Shown here: piece after piece, positions 51,336 to 63,872 of the stretch
How positions within the stretch are numbered: the stretch's first letter is position 1
Layout of the letters: each line of letters starts with the position of its first letter
DNA from: Eledone cirrhosa
Lineage: Eukaryota
Direction: 5' to 3'
DNA length: 64,000 nt
NCBI GenBank assembly: GCA_964016885.1
Contig: OZ024744.1
Span: forward strand, 43,152,001 to 43,216,000
The notes under the pieces: model-generated
Database searches by the model: none
What the model saw: only the letters and a program-made list of their open reading frames with translations
What the model was told of the DNA's origin: nothing
Made by a program: the position numbers and the translations under genes

Positions 51336-53153
51336 TGTTTGATCTACAGACATTTGCTCCCCGAAGCGTGTTCTAAGCCTTGGCCAACCAGGCACGAAAC
51401 CCAGGTTAATTAAACTGTCTTTTTCAAACTCAACTAAGGCACGTTCATATCTTTTGGCCTCTGATAAAGCTAGGCGTGAAAGTCAGATTGCCTTCCGAAC
51501 ACGCCCTGGTCTTTCAACTGATATCCGCCCAAAGCTGCGTGCTGCAGCTTCCTTAAACCGCAGCTCGGCAGAACATGAAAACTTCAGCCTACGTGATGAT
51601 GGGCAGATATGGAAATTTATTAAGGCTGGTGAAACATGGAAAAGAGATACCAGCTGGTCTGAAAACACTGTACCCACAAAAACTGACAATAAAAAAACTC
51701 TAGGAAACAGTGGAAAACTGCCAGTGTCATTCCTTTATTCAAAAGGGTGAATGCATATCACCTGTGAACTATCGTCTAGTCAGTCTTACTAGTTGCATTG
51801 ATGGAATCCTGTGTCAGAGAAATGCTTTGGAACTTCTGGAACTCTCACAGTCTCATCTGGCCCTCACAATTTGGATTTATCCCTAACTCCAGCTGCTGTG
51901 ATCAACTTATCGAGTTTCTTGAAGACATCACCCAGATCACTGATGGCGTCTCATGGGTGGATATTGTTTACCTTGACTTATGGCAAAACTCTCTGCAATG
52001 GGTGTGAAGGATGATCTTTCTTAACTGGTTGAAGTCCTTCATTCTCAGTCGAAGAGAAGTAGTCATGGTTCTAGGATGGCATTCCTCTCCATATGAAATG
52101 TCATCTGATGTACCACAGGGATCTGTTCTTGGCTCCCTTTTGTTTGTGGCATATATTAATGACATAGATGCCTACTTAAAGAATGCCAGAGTACTGAAAT
52201 ATGTAGATGACATCAAGCTGTACCTTGAGATAAAAAGGACAGATCCTGAACACTATAGATCTTGCCTGCTATCTCACCTGGACACAATGCAACAATGGAT
52301 GACAGACTGGCAACTCAAGCCAGCTGTTGACAAGTGCACAACCATGCATTTTGGGAGTAAAAACCCAGCGTCCACATACTCCCTCCACAACACTAATATC
52401 AAGAAGTCTTCTTGTGAACGTGACCTGGACATTACAGTCAGCAGCAATTTCTGTTGGACGAAGCACGTCTCTAAAATTGTCAAGAAGGCCGAAGGTGTCT
52501 TAGCATCTCTCAGCAAGACCTTTGTCAGCCGCTCTCCAGCTATCTATTTAAAGCTGTATAAAGCTATGGTGTGGCCACACTTAGAATTTGCATCACCAGT
52601 CTGGAACCCCTATCTTGCTCAGAACATTGACTGCCTGGAAACTATTCAGAGACGTGCAACCAAGCGAATACCCTCCATTGGGCATCTACCATACTCTGTC
52701 GCCTTGCTTCCCTGGGTATGGATACATTGAAGCTCTGACATCTGGCAACTGACTTGGTAAACACCCACAAAATTATTAACCATCTTGCCAACAACAACAC
52801 TGAGTACCTTTTTGATTTCCATGTGTCTAACACACATGGGCATGCCCACAAAGTCAGAAAACAGCACAGCTCCCATGACTTTCACAGACATTTTATCACG
52901 CTCAGAGTTGCTGAAGCATGGAACAAACTCCCTGCACCAGTTGTTAGCTCTAGAGACACTGCGTCCTTTAAAACGTCCAGGCTTCCTGAGATTCGCCAAC
53001 ACTACACCTAATATTACCCCTCCATACACATGCACACATGTATATCATGACTCATACACTATTCACTTCCCTGACATTTGTATATTATTCTATGTACTAT
53101 AAATGCACCTTTGATGAGTTGTAGTGCACCTGATCACTGTACACAATAATTTC

Positions 53154-53156
<3 letters not shown>
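51335..53156 (+). mobile_element. CR1-clade LINE (ORF1 end fused to RT by deletion); duplicate of the 59846-63075 copy
   Basis: QFGF, DIVYLD, VPQGSVLG, YVDDIKL, ERDL, PHLEFASPVWNP, QRRATK. Shares deletions and the 3' flank with the 62-kb copy. Confidence 0.92.
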
Positions 53157-53189
<33 letters not shown>

Positions 53190-53234
53190 CATTCTCTTTC
53201 TCCATAAAATAATTTGTAAGGTAAAAATATATTA

Positions 53235-53335
53235 GTTTCTGATTTAGGACCAGGCCTACAATTTAGGGAAAGTCAATTAAATCGACCCCAGTACATTACT
53301 GGTACTTTATTTATCTAACCCATACGGATAAAAAG
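53235..53335 (-). mobile_element. SINE 3' fragment (duplicated at about 63166-63265)
   Basis: ATCGACCCCAGTACATTACTGGTACTTTATTT core, shared with the SINE at 57325. Confidence 0.7.
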
Positions 53336-53803
53336 TATAGGAAAGGGAGGAAGGGGACGGTACATATAAAATAAAAACAATAATATGCTGCTCAAAAGTT
53401 ACCAGGGGCATGTGAGGGAATTTCTTTTAGGATATTATCACAATGAGGACACAAGCTCTAAAATAGGGGAGTAGACTCTTACTTCCTGCTCCATAATTAC
53501 AGTAAGTGCGATTGTGAATGACCTTGAAGTATATGTTTGGCTAACAGGGGAAAAGGGAGGTGAATCTTCCTATGTTGAAGAAGAAATAAAATTCTTCTTT
53601 CTCCAGGTATGGTGTGTTGAGTACTACAGTCTCGCACAATAATAATAAAAGAAAAATACTAATTGTCATTTTACCTACAATATCCCATATGTGTGTATAT
53701 GACAGGTAGAAAGTGTTTCTATATGCATAAACATCTCTCTTTCTCTCTCTCTCTTTCTCTCTTCATATGCATATAAATATGTACACACACAACACACACA
53801 CAC

Positions 53804-55025
53804 ATCATCATCATCATCATCATCATCACCGTTTTACGTCCGTTCTTCCACGCTAGCATGGGTTAGACGGGTTGTCCTGTTGTGGGCAGTGTCTGGTCGG
53901 CTGACCATGCCTTGCTCATACAGGAACTGATCTGGCTTGATTTCTACAGCTGGATGCCCTTCCTAACACCAACCTCATTTACAGTGAGTGCTGGGTGCTT
54001 TTTCGTGGCGCCTACACGTCCACTTTACAGTGTGGGCTGGGTGCTTTTTTGCCGTGGCACCTCCACGGCCACCTTGCGGTGGGGGGTGTGGGGGCATATT
54101 GTTTATATGCTTCAGCATGTACCCATGGGAGGTCGGGTACCCTGTATTACTGCGTGACGCCAGAAGTCACGGTCGTGCGTCATTGACTTTGAGAGGTGTA
54201 GTTGGGTAAGGTCGGCTTTTATCACCTCATCCCAAGTCATCTTGGGTCTCCCCACTCCGCGGTTTCCATCAACTTCTAGTGCTCTGCACCTTTTTATGCA
54301 GCTGTCATCCTTCATACGCATCACATGTCCATACCAGCGTAACCGCCTCTCCTGCACGCAGCATTTGATTCCTCTTATGCTCAGTCTCTCTCTCAATTCC
54401 TTTATGCTTTGTCGTTCACGTATATTACTGTTACACATCCATCGGAGCATGCAGGCTTCGTTTCTCTCTAATCTACGTAAGTCTTCCACCTTCAGCGCCC
54501 AGGTCTCACTACCATGCAACATCGCTGTTCGGATACACGCATCATACAGTCTGCCTTTCATTCTGAGGGAGAAGCCTTTTGCAGCTAGCAGTGGTAGTAG
54601 TTCCCTAAACTTCTTCCATCCCGTTCTTACCCTAGTTATTGTACTTTCTGAGCACCCACCTCCGTTGCTAATTCGGTCACCTAGGTAGCAGAAGCTGTCT
54701 ACTGTTTCTACAGAGCCCTCCCAGAGATTGGTGGTACTTGTTTCCTGTGGCTGTTTGCTTGCTGTTTCAGCACAGCAGCTGCATGTGAATCCTACATTCT
54801 TAATTAAGCTTCCTGAGATCCCGCTACATCTCTTGTGTACCCATTGTTTGCATTTGGGGCAGAGAATGGAGTTCCTACCTACACCTTTCCTACATACTGA
54901 GCAAGGCCATTTCCCTGAGGGGATCTGGGTTCTGTTTTCTCGTCTACTTACAAGGACCTTAGTCTTTGTCATGTTGACTTTGAGGCCCTTTCTCTCAAGT
55001 CCCTGCTTCCAGGTTTGGAATTTAT
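53804..55025 (-). mobile_element. RTE LINE 3' fragment (same family as 47738-49457)
   Basis: ORF 54112-54972 KTKVL..WPCSVC..WVHKRC..FCYLG..ETW..RRLRWYGHV; (CAT)n tail at 53804-53827. Absent from the paralogous site near 63718. Confidence 0.92.
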
Positions 55026-55142
55026 TCTCTATATATATATATGTGTATAAGTGTGTGTGTGTGTGTGTGTGTGGTGTATGTGTGTGTGCACACTCACAAC
55101 AACCACCATTACTTATTACATGATGTTCAAATTATAACTTAC

Positions 55143-55202
55143 TTTTTTTTGTAGGTTCAGGCTTCATTGAAGCAATGCGAGGAGACAATGCAATATGGTC
55201 AG
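55143..55202 (-). CDS. 60-nt phase-1 micro-exon candidate, copy C: (x)DHIALSPRIASMKPEPTKK
   Basis: TTTTGTTTATATGTTCTAG| 60 nt |GTAAGTTAT; open in phase 1. Confidence 0.5.
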
Positions 55203-55311
55203 CTAGAACATATAAACAAAATCATAGTAAACCTACATGTATATTTACAAATAACATTACAAATACAAGAAACAGTTATTAGATTCATTATCTCTGATAT
55301 ATACATATATA

Positions 55312-55588
55312 TACCACAACATCCAGTCCTAAATAAATGAGGTCGTGTAGGTGTCACGACAAAAAAACACAAAGGCCACGCTGTAATGTGGCCGTGTAGG
55401 CAAAACTGTAAAAACCTCCCAGTCCACACTCTAAACGTGGTTGGTGTTAGGAAGGGCATCCAGCCATAGAAAACCTGCCAGATAGTCCCATACGAGCAAG
55501 ACAACCAATCTTGTTTCAAGTGGGACAATTCCCGTCTAAACCCATGCTAGTGTTGAAGATAGACGTTAAACGATGATGATGATGATGA
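55312..55588 (+). mobile_element. RTE LINE 3' UTR/tail fragment
   Basis: GGTTGGTGTTAGGAAGGGCATCC..GACGTTAAAC(GAT)n. Interrupts the micro-exon repeat unit. Confidence 0.8.
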
Positions 55589-56007
55589 TACACAAGGTTC
55601 AAACACAAATGGACCAAACTCCCGCTGTCTCAGCCATTTATATATATATATATAAATATATATATATATAAATGGAATAGAAAGAAACGAAATTTCATTT
55701 CTCACTGTTAGTACTGCACTTACTTAAATGTAAACCGATAAACCGATAAACCGATAAACCGATACGTGCATATATATATGTGTGCATGTATGTATATATA
55801 TACATACTAGTGTATGTATATATATATGTGTGCATTTATGTGTATATATACATACTACTGTATGTCTGTATACATATATGTATGTACGTATACATACATA
55901 TATGTATGTACGTATACATACATACATACTTACATTTATATATATATATATAGTGAGAGGATAAATTACTGAATAACTTATTAGATGATGTTCAAATTAT
56001 AACTTAC

Positions 56008-56067
56008 CCTTTTTAGTTGATTTTGGCTTGATTGAAGCACTGCGAGGGGACACTGTAATATGGTCAC
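56008..56067 (-). CDS. 60-nt phase-1 micro-exon candidate, copy D: (x)DHITVSPRSASIKPKSTKK
   Basis: TTTATATATTCTAG| 60 nt |GTAAGTTAT. Upstream intron truncated by an RTE insertion. Confidence 0.45.
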
Positions 56068-56081
56068 CTAGAATATATAAA

Positions 56082-56740
56082 CGGCAAAGCATAAATGAAC
56101 TAAGTGAGAAATTAGGAATAAGAGGGATCAGATGCTGTTTACTCGAAAGAAGACTATGTTTGTATGGTCACATAATGCGCATGAAAGATGACAGTATAAA
56201 AAAGTGCAGAGTGATCAAAATAGACGGAGTAGGCAGACCCAGAAAAACCTGGGATGAGTTGATAAAATCCGAACTCAGACACTTACACCTCTCCAAGACA
56301 ATGTCACTGGACCGAGATCTTTGGTGCTATGTAGTAACACAGAAGACCCGCCTTGCTTTGTACCTACAGTCAGTAGGCACCTGTTAATCAAAATACACAC
56401 CCATCCCACTAACCCTTACCCCCACTGCCATCTTCACCAGCCCTTTCAATGTAAAGCTATGTTGGTACCACAGCATCCAGTCCTAAATAAATGAGGTCGT
56501 GTAGGTGTCACGACGAAAAAACCATAAAAAGTACACGCTGTAATGTGGCCATGTAGGTAACACGGTAAAAACCTTCCAGTCCACACTGTTAACGTGGTTG
56601 GTGTTAGGAAGGGCATCCAGCCGTAGAAAACCCGCCAGACAGTTCTGAGCAAGACAACCAATCTTGCCTCAAGTGGGACAATTCCTGTCCAGACCTATGC
56701 AGGCGTGGAAAATGGACGTTAAACGATGATGATGATGATG
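56082..56740 (+). mobile_element. RTE LINE 3' fragment
   Basis: RQSINELSEKLGIRGIRC..RRLCLYGHIMR..GRPRKTW, 3' UTR and (GAT)n tail. Confidence 0.85.
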
Positions 56741-56757
56741 AAAATAATGTCCCTGGC

Positions 56758-56808
<51 letters not shown>

Positions 56809-56875
56809 TTTAAATATAGAGAGAAAGGATAAATTACAGAATAACTTATTAGATGATGTTCAAATTATAACTTAC

Positions 56876-56935
56876 CATTTTCAGTTGATTTTTTCTCTAT
56901 TGAAGCAATGCGAGGGGACACCGCAATATGGTCAC
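56876..56935 (-). CDS. 60-nt phase-1 micro-exon candidate, copy E: (x)DHIAVSPRIASIEKKSTEN
   Basis: TTTTGTTTATATATTCTAG| 60 nt |GTAAGTTAT. Confidence 0.5.
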
Positions 56936-57086
56936 CTAGAATATATAAACAAAATCATAGTAAACCTACATGTATATATACAAATAACATTACAAATACA
57001 GGAAACAGTTATTACATTCATTATCTCTGATATATACATATATACACCAGGTCCAAACACAACTCTATTGAAGGCCCTCTGTCCCT

Positions 57087-57144
<58 letters not shown>

Positions 57145-57211
57145 TTTATATAAAAAGAGAAAGGATAAATTACTGAATAACTTATTAGATGATGTTCAAA
57201 TTATAACTTAC

Positions 57212-57271
57212 CCTTTTTAGTTGATTTTGGCTTGATAGGAGCACTGTGAGGGGACACTGTAATATGGTCAC
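57212..57271 (-). CDS. 60-nt phase-1 micro-exon candidate, copy F: (x)DHITVSPHSAPIKPKSTKK
   Basis: TGTTTATATATTCTAG| 60 nt |GTAAGTTAT. Confidence 0.5.
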
Positions 57272-57324
57272 CTAGAATATATAAACAACATCATAGTAAA
57301 CCTACATGTATATTTACAAATAAC

Positions 57325-57511
57325 TGTTTCTACGTTAGGCATAAGGCCAGCAATTACCCAGTACATTACTGGTACTTTATTTTATCGACCCCGTAAGGGT
57401 GAAAGGCAAAGTTAACCTCGGCGGGATTTGAACTCAGAATGGCAAGGACCGTAACTCTATGCGTCAAAGCATGGCGTCCGACCCTCTACCGATACTGCCA
57501 ATCCACTGCCT
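57325..57511 (-). mobile_element. Full-length tRNA-derived SINE (Meta-domain-like core) with TSD
   Basis: Minus strand: A-box TGGCAGTATCGG, B-box GAGTTCAAATCC, core CTTTGCCTTTCACCCTTACGGGGTCGATAAAATAAAGTACCAG. About 15-bp TSD ATATWTACAAATAAC. Paralogous units lack the insert. Confidence 0.88.
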
Positions 57512-57984
57512 TTATATATACAAATAACATTACAAAGACAGGAAACAGTTATTAGATTCGTTATATCTGATATATACATATATACACCAGGTCCAAACAC
57601 AAATGGACCAAACTGCCGCTGGCCCTGCCATTTACATATATATATTTATATATAACGAAAGGATTCAGGACGCCAACTGCTTAGCTCCGTAAATATACAT
57701 TTACTACTAAATTTTCTATAATCATGGCAACAGTCCTAATAAAGAAAATTAGACTTACATACACATGCACAGAGAGTGCACACACAGAACCTCACACTTA
57801 CACAAACACAAACAGGGCTCACACACACTCAAAAAAGCATCACCGGACAAACACATCCAAACAGGTACACAATGAATTTATATACAACCCAATAAACCTA
57901 TATGTATACATCAAAATACACATAACACCAGCATCACTTCATTTATATATGTACTTGCGATTTTATTCATTAGTTCCACCATAC

Positions 57985-58445
57985 CAAATCTCCACATACC
58001 TCTTGCCGAATCTAGACGCATTGAGATGCCACTGAATCTGTAAACCACAAAGTGAATGCCATTGGTGTACCAGAAGACATAGTTGATCTACAGACATTTG
58101 CTGCCAGTTCATCCAAAGACTTGGGCTGTGCTCCTCCGAAGCGTGTGTGTTCTATGCCTTGGCCGACCAGGCCTGAAACCCAGGTTAATTTGACTGTCTT
58201 TTTCAAACTCAACTAAGACACGTTCATATCTTTTGGCCTCTGATAAAGCTAGGCGTGAAAGTCTGATTGCCTTCCGAACACGCCCTGGTCTTTCAACTGA
58301 TATCCGTGCTGCAGCTTCCTTAAACCACAGCTCGGCAGAACATGAAAACTTCAGCCTACGTGATGATGGGCAGATATGGAAATTTATTAAGGCTGGTGAA
58401 ACATGGAAAAGAGATACCAGCTGGTCTGAAAACACTGTACCCACA
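57985..58445 (+). mobile_element. CR1 ORF1 C-terminal fragment (duplicate of 59846-60303)
   Basis: Near-identical to 59846-60303 and 51360-51680 (LGRPG.KPRLI.LSF..). Confidence 0.75.
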
Positions 58446-58502
58446 ACAATATCCCATATGCGTGTATATGACAGGTAGAAAGTGTTTGTATATGCAAAAA
58501 CA

Positions 58503-58537
<35 letters not shown>

Positions 58538-58651
58538 TTATATGCATATAAATATGTACACACACAACACACACATATATATATATATATGTGTGTATAT
58601 GTGTGTGTGTGCACACGCACACCAACCACCATTACTTATTTCATGACTTAC

Positions 58652-58711
58652 TTTTTTTTGTAGGTTCAGTCTTCAATGAAGCAATGCGAGGGGACACTGT
58701 AATATGGTCAC
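58652..58711 (-). CDS. 60-nt phase-1 micro-exon candidate, copy G: (x)DHITVSPRIASLKTEPTKK
   Basis: TTTTGTTTATATATTCTAG| 60 nt |GTAAGTCAT. Confidence 0.5.
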
Positions 58712-58976
58712 CTAGAATATATAAACAAAATCATAGTAAACCTACATGTATATATACAAATAACATTACAAATACAGGAAACAGTTATTACATTCATTAT
58801 CTCTGATATATACATATATACACCAGGTCCAAACACAAATGGACCAAACTCCCTCTGTACCTGGCATATATATATATATACATATATTTATATATATATA
58901 TATATACATATATTTATATATACAGAGAAAGGATAAATTACTGAATATATTAGATGATGTTCAAATTATAACTTAC

Positions 58977-59036
58977 CCTTTTTAGTTGATTTTTGCTCCA
59001 TTGAAGCCATGCGAGGGGCCACTGTAATATGGTCAC
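58977..59036 (-). CDS. 60-nt phase-1 micro-exon candidate, copy H: (x)DHITVAPRMASMEQKSTKK
   Basis: TTTTGTTTATATATTCTAG| 60 nt |GTAAGTTAT. Confidence 0.5.
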
Positions 59037-59267
59037 CTAGAATATATAAACAAAATCATAGTAAACCTACATGTATATATGCAAATAACAATATAAATGC
59101 AGGAAACAGTTATTAGATTCATTATATACATATATGCACCAGGTCCAAACACAACTGTACCAAACTCCCTCTGTACCTGGCATATATATATATACATATA
59201 TTTATATATATAGAGAAAGGATAAATTACTGAATAACTTATTAGATGATGTTCAAATTATAACTTAC

Positions 59268-59327
59268 CCTTTTCAGTTGATTTACGCTTGATAGGAGCAC
59301 TGCGAGGGGACACTGTAATATGGTCAC
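59268..59327 (-). CDS. 60-nt phase-1 micro-exon candidate, copy I: (x)DHITVSPRSAPIKRKSTEK
   Basis: TTTTTTTTATATATTCTAG| 60 nt |GTAAGTTAT. Confidence 0.5.
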
Positions 59328-59845
59328 CTAGAATATATAAAAAAAATCATAGTAAACCTACATGTATATATACAAATAACATTACAAATACAGGAAACAG
59401 TTATTAGATTCATTATATCTGATATATACATATATACACCAGGTCCAAACACAAATGAAGCAAACTGCTGCTGGCCCTGCCATTTATATATATATACATA
59501 TATAACGAAAGGATTCAGGACACCAACTGCTTAGTTCTGTAAATATACATTTACTACTAAATTTTCTATAATCATGGCAACAGTCCTAATAAAGAAAATT
59601 AGACTTACATACACATGCACAGAGAGTGCACACACAGAACCTCACACTTACACAAACACAAACAGGGCTCACACAGAACCTAATACACACTCAAAAAAGC
59701 ATCACCGGACAAACACATCCAAACAGGTACACAATGTATTTATATATAATCCAATATACCTATATATATACATCAAAATACACATAACACCAGCATCACT
59801 TCACGTATATATGTACTCGCTGTTTTATTCATTAGTTCCACCATA

Positions 59846-62800
59846 CCAAATCTCCACATACCTCTTGCCGAATCTAGACGCATTGAGAATACCACTGAAT
59901 CTGTAAACCACAAAGTGATTGCCATTGATGTACAGGAAGACATAGTTGATCTACAGACTTTTGCTGCCAGTTCATCCAAAGACTTGGGCTGTGCTCCTCC
60001 GAAGCGTGTTCTAAGCCTTGGCCGACCAGGCACGAAACCCAGGTTAATTAGACTGTCTTTTTCAAACTCAACTAAGGCACGTTCATATCTTTTGGCCTCT
60101 GATAAAGCTAGGCGTGAAAGTCGGATTGCCCTCCGAACACGCCATGGTCTTTCAACTGATATCCGCCCAAAGCTTCCTTAAACCGCATCTCGGCAGAACA
60201 TGAAAACTTCAGCCTACGTGATGATAGGCAGATATGGAAATTTATTAAGGCTGGTGAAACATGGAAAAGAGATACCAGCTGGTCTGAACACACTGTACCC
60301 ACAAAAACTGACAATAAAAAAACTCTGGGAAACTAAATCAGAACAACCTGCCATCCCCTGCACATAATCATAGCCTGGAATCAAGCTACAAATTGTTGTC
60401 CTTGAATGCACGTAGTCTATGCAATAAGATTCATCTTTTTCACTCCTATGTCAAAAGTATCAACCCTGACTTCATTACAGTCACGGAAACTTGGGCACAT
60501 TCCTTACTCTGTGCTGGGGTTTTCAGCATAACTGGCTACAACTTGTTTTGTAAAGACCGCAATAATCGTGGTGGTGGTGTAATGGTCTACATTCGGTCAA
60601 ATTTTTCGGCAATTCCTCGTGTTGATTTGAACCAATCGTAGCAGGAAGTATTTTTCTGCGATATACATATGACCATGTCAACACTTCTTCTTGGTGTTGT
60701 TTACCATCCCCCAAATTACCATCAGGACACTCAACTTTGTGATATCCTCAGAGTTGCTGCCAGGAAAACAGCCACTTATGTTTTTATTGCAAGGGACTTC
60801 AATCACCCTGAGATTGACTGGGAAAGATTTTGTTGGCCGCCAAGTGCAAATGACTTCCTTGAGCTAGTGCTGGACTCAAACTGGTCCCAAGTAGTCACCT
60901 CCCCAACAAGAGTTGACCACACTTTGGACCTACTCTTCACCACTACTCCTGAAACGGTTATTAGTGTTACTACTGAGGAACCTTTAGGTGACTCTGATCA
61001 TGCTATGACCATTGCCAATCTATACCTCATGGGCAGTAACAAAACCACAACCATCTCCAAACTGTTACTTTGACTGGAATAAAGCAGACTGGAACTGTTA
61101 CTATACCAAGTTGCAACGTCCAAACTGGCTTGAGTTTTACGAAGATCCTGAGCTCAAAATGGACAGCATGTGCAGCATCTGTGCCACGTAAGCAGAAAAA
61201 ACATCCCAAAAGTGCAATTTTGGAGACTGCAGCAGTCCGTCTTGCCAGAAAAGAACGTTGTAATGCTGAATGTGAGTCACAAACTGCATAAATCAGATGT
61301 CAATAAGAAGAAGCGAAATAAATCATCCAACCATCTCAAACAGGTGACAAAAAGGCAGTGTTTCAATTTGAGCAGCATATAGTAACCAGCTCTGACAGTC
61401 AGGTGTTCTCGACGTATGTTCACTCAAAGCAGAGGCCTCACTCTCCAGTTGGCCCTCTTTGCAATCCCCACACAGACCAGGTTACTGACAACCCCAAGGA
61501 ATGCGCAGAGCTCATTTCTGAATGCTATGCAGGCATTTTTCCTATTGAAGACCAGAGTGTACCGTCTCCACCACCTTTGACATCGCATTCTATTACAACT
61601 ATGGAATTTACATTACTAAACAGAACAGTGGAAAACTGCCAGTGTCATTCCTCTGTTCAAAAGGGTGAATGCATATCACCTGTGAACTATCGTCTAGTCA
61701 GTCTTAATAGTTGCATTGATGCAATCCTGTGTCAGAGAAATGCTTTGGAACTTCTGGAACTCTCACAGTCTCATCTGGCCCTCACAATTTGGATTTATCC
61801 CTAACTCCAGCTGCTGTGATCAACTTATCAAGTTTCTTGAAGACATCACCCAGATCACTGATGGCGACTCATGGGTGGATATTGTTAACCTTGACTTATG
61901 GCAAAACTCTCTGCAATGGGTGTGAAGGACGATCTTTCTTAACTGGTTGAAGTCCTTCATTCTCAGTCGAAGAGAAGTAGTCATGGTTCTAAGATGGCAT
62001 TCCTCTCCATATGAAATGTCATCTGATGTACCACAGGGATCTGTTCTTGGCTCCCTTTTGTTTGTGGCATATATTAATGACATAGATGCCTACTTAAAGA
62101 ATGCCAGAGTACTGAAATATGTAGATGACATCAAGCTGTACCTTGAGATAAAAAGGACAGATCCTGAACACTATAGATCTTGCCTGCTATCTCACCTGGA
62201 CACAATGCAACAATGGATGACAGACTGGCAACTCAAGCCAGCTGTTGACAAGTGCACAACCATGCATTTTGGGAGTAAAAACCCAGCGTCCACATACTCC
62301 CTCCACAACACTAATATCAAGAAGTCTTCTTGTGAACGTGACCTGGACATTACAATCAGCAGCAATTTCTGTTGGACGAAGCACGTCTCTAAAATTGTCA
62401 AGAAGGCCGAAGGTGTCTTAGCATCTCTCAGCAAGACCTTTGTCAGCCGCTCTCCAGCTATCTATTTAAAGCTGTACATAGCTATGGTGCGGCCACACTT
62501 ACAATTTGCATCACCAGTCTGGAATCCCTATCTTGCTCAGAACATTGACTGCCTGGAAACTGTTCAGAGACGTGCAACCAAGCGAATACCCTCCATCGGG
62601 CATCTACCATACTCTGAACGCCTTGCTTCCTCGGGCATGGATACATTGAAGCTCCGACATCTGGCAACTGACTTGGTAAACACCCACAAAATTATTAACC
62701 ATCTTGCCAACAACAACACTGAGTACCTTTTTGATTTCCATGGGTCTAACACACGTGGGCATTCCCACAAAGTCAGAAAACAGCACAGCTCCCATGACTT

Positions 62801-63072
62801 TCACAAACATTTTATCACGCTCAGAGTTGCTGAAGCATGGAACAAACTCCCTGCACCAGTTGTTAGCTGTCGAGACACTGCATCCTTTAAAACGTCCAGG
62901 CTTCCTGAGATTTGCCAACACTACACCTAATATTACCCCTCCATACACATGCACACATGTATATCATGACTCATACACTATTCACTTCCCTGACATTTGT
63001 ATATTATTCTATGTACTATAAATGCACCTTTGATGAGTTGTAGTGCACCTGATCACTGTACACAATAATTTC

Positions 63073-63075
<3 letters not shown>
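59846..63075 (+). mobile_element. CR1-clade LINE: ORF1 end, APE endonuclease, RT; decayed
   Basis: APE at about 60385-61030 (LNARSL.NK, VTETW, DR..RGGGV, VVYHPP, DFNHPEIDW, PTR..TLDLLF, GDSDH). RT at about 61630-62930 (VPQGSVLG, YVDDIKL, RPHLQFASPVWNP, TRGH). Ends at (TA)n. Confidence 0.93.
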
Positions 63076-63120
<45 letters not shown>

Positions 63121-63812
63121 CATTCTCTTTCTCCATAAAATAATTTGTAAGGTAAAAATATATTAGTTTCTGATTTAGGACCAGGCCTACAATTTAGGGA
63201 AAGTCAATTAAATCGACCCCAGTACATTACTGGTACTTTATTTATCTAACCCATAAAGATAAAAAGTATAGGAAAGGTAGGAAGGGGAAGGTACATATAA
63301 AATAAAAACAATAATATGCTGCTCAAAAGTTACCAGGGGCATGTGAGGGAATTTCTTTTAGGATATTATCACAATGAGGACACAAGCTCTAAAATAGGGG
63401 AGTAGACTCTTACTTCCTGCTCCATAATTACAGTAAGTGCGATTGTGAATGACCTTGAAGTATATGTTTGGCTAACAGGGGAAAAGGGAGGTGAATCTTC
63501 CTATCTTGTTCTTTCTCCAGGTATGGTGTGTTGAGTACTACAGTCTGACATGATAAGATTAAAAGAAAAATACTAATTGTCATTTTACCTACAATATCCC
63601 ATATGTGTGTATATGACAGGTAGAAAGTGTTTCTATATGCATAAACATCTCTCTTTCTCTCTCTCTCTCTCTTTCTCTCTTCATATGCATATAAATATGT
63701 ACACACACAACACACACAAATATATATATATATATGTGTATAAGTGTGTGTGGGTGTGCACACTCACACCAACCACCATTACTTATTACATGATGTTCAA
63801 ATTATAACTTAC

Positions 63813-63872
63813 TTTTTTTTGTAGGTTCAGGCTTCATTGAAGCAATGCGAGGAGACAATGCAATATGGTCAG
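63813..63872 (-). CDS. 60-nt phase-1 micro-exon candidate, copy J: (x)DHIALSPRIASMKPEPTKK
   Basis: TTTTGTTTATATATTCTAG| 60 nt |GTAAGTTAT; identical to copy C. Confidence 0.5.

Noticed and set aside
57400-57511. tRNA-like A/B boxes as a tRNA gene
   Set aside because: Part of a SINE head with body, tail and TSD; no convincing cloverleaf.
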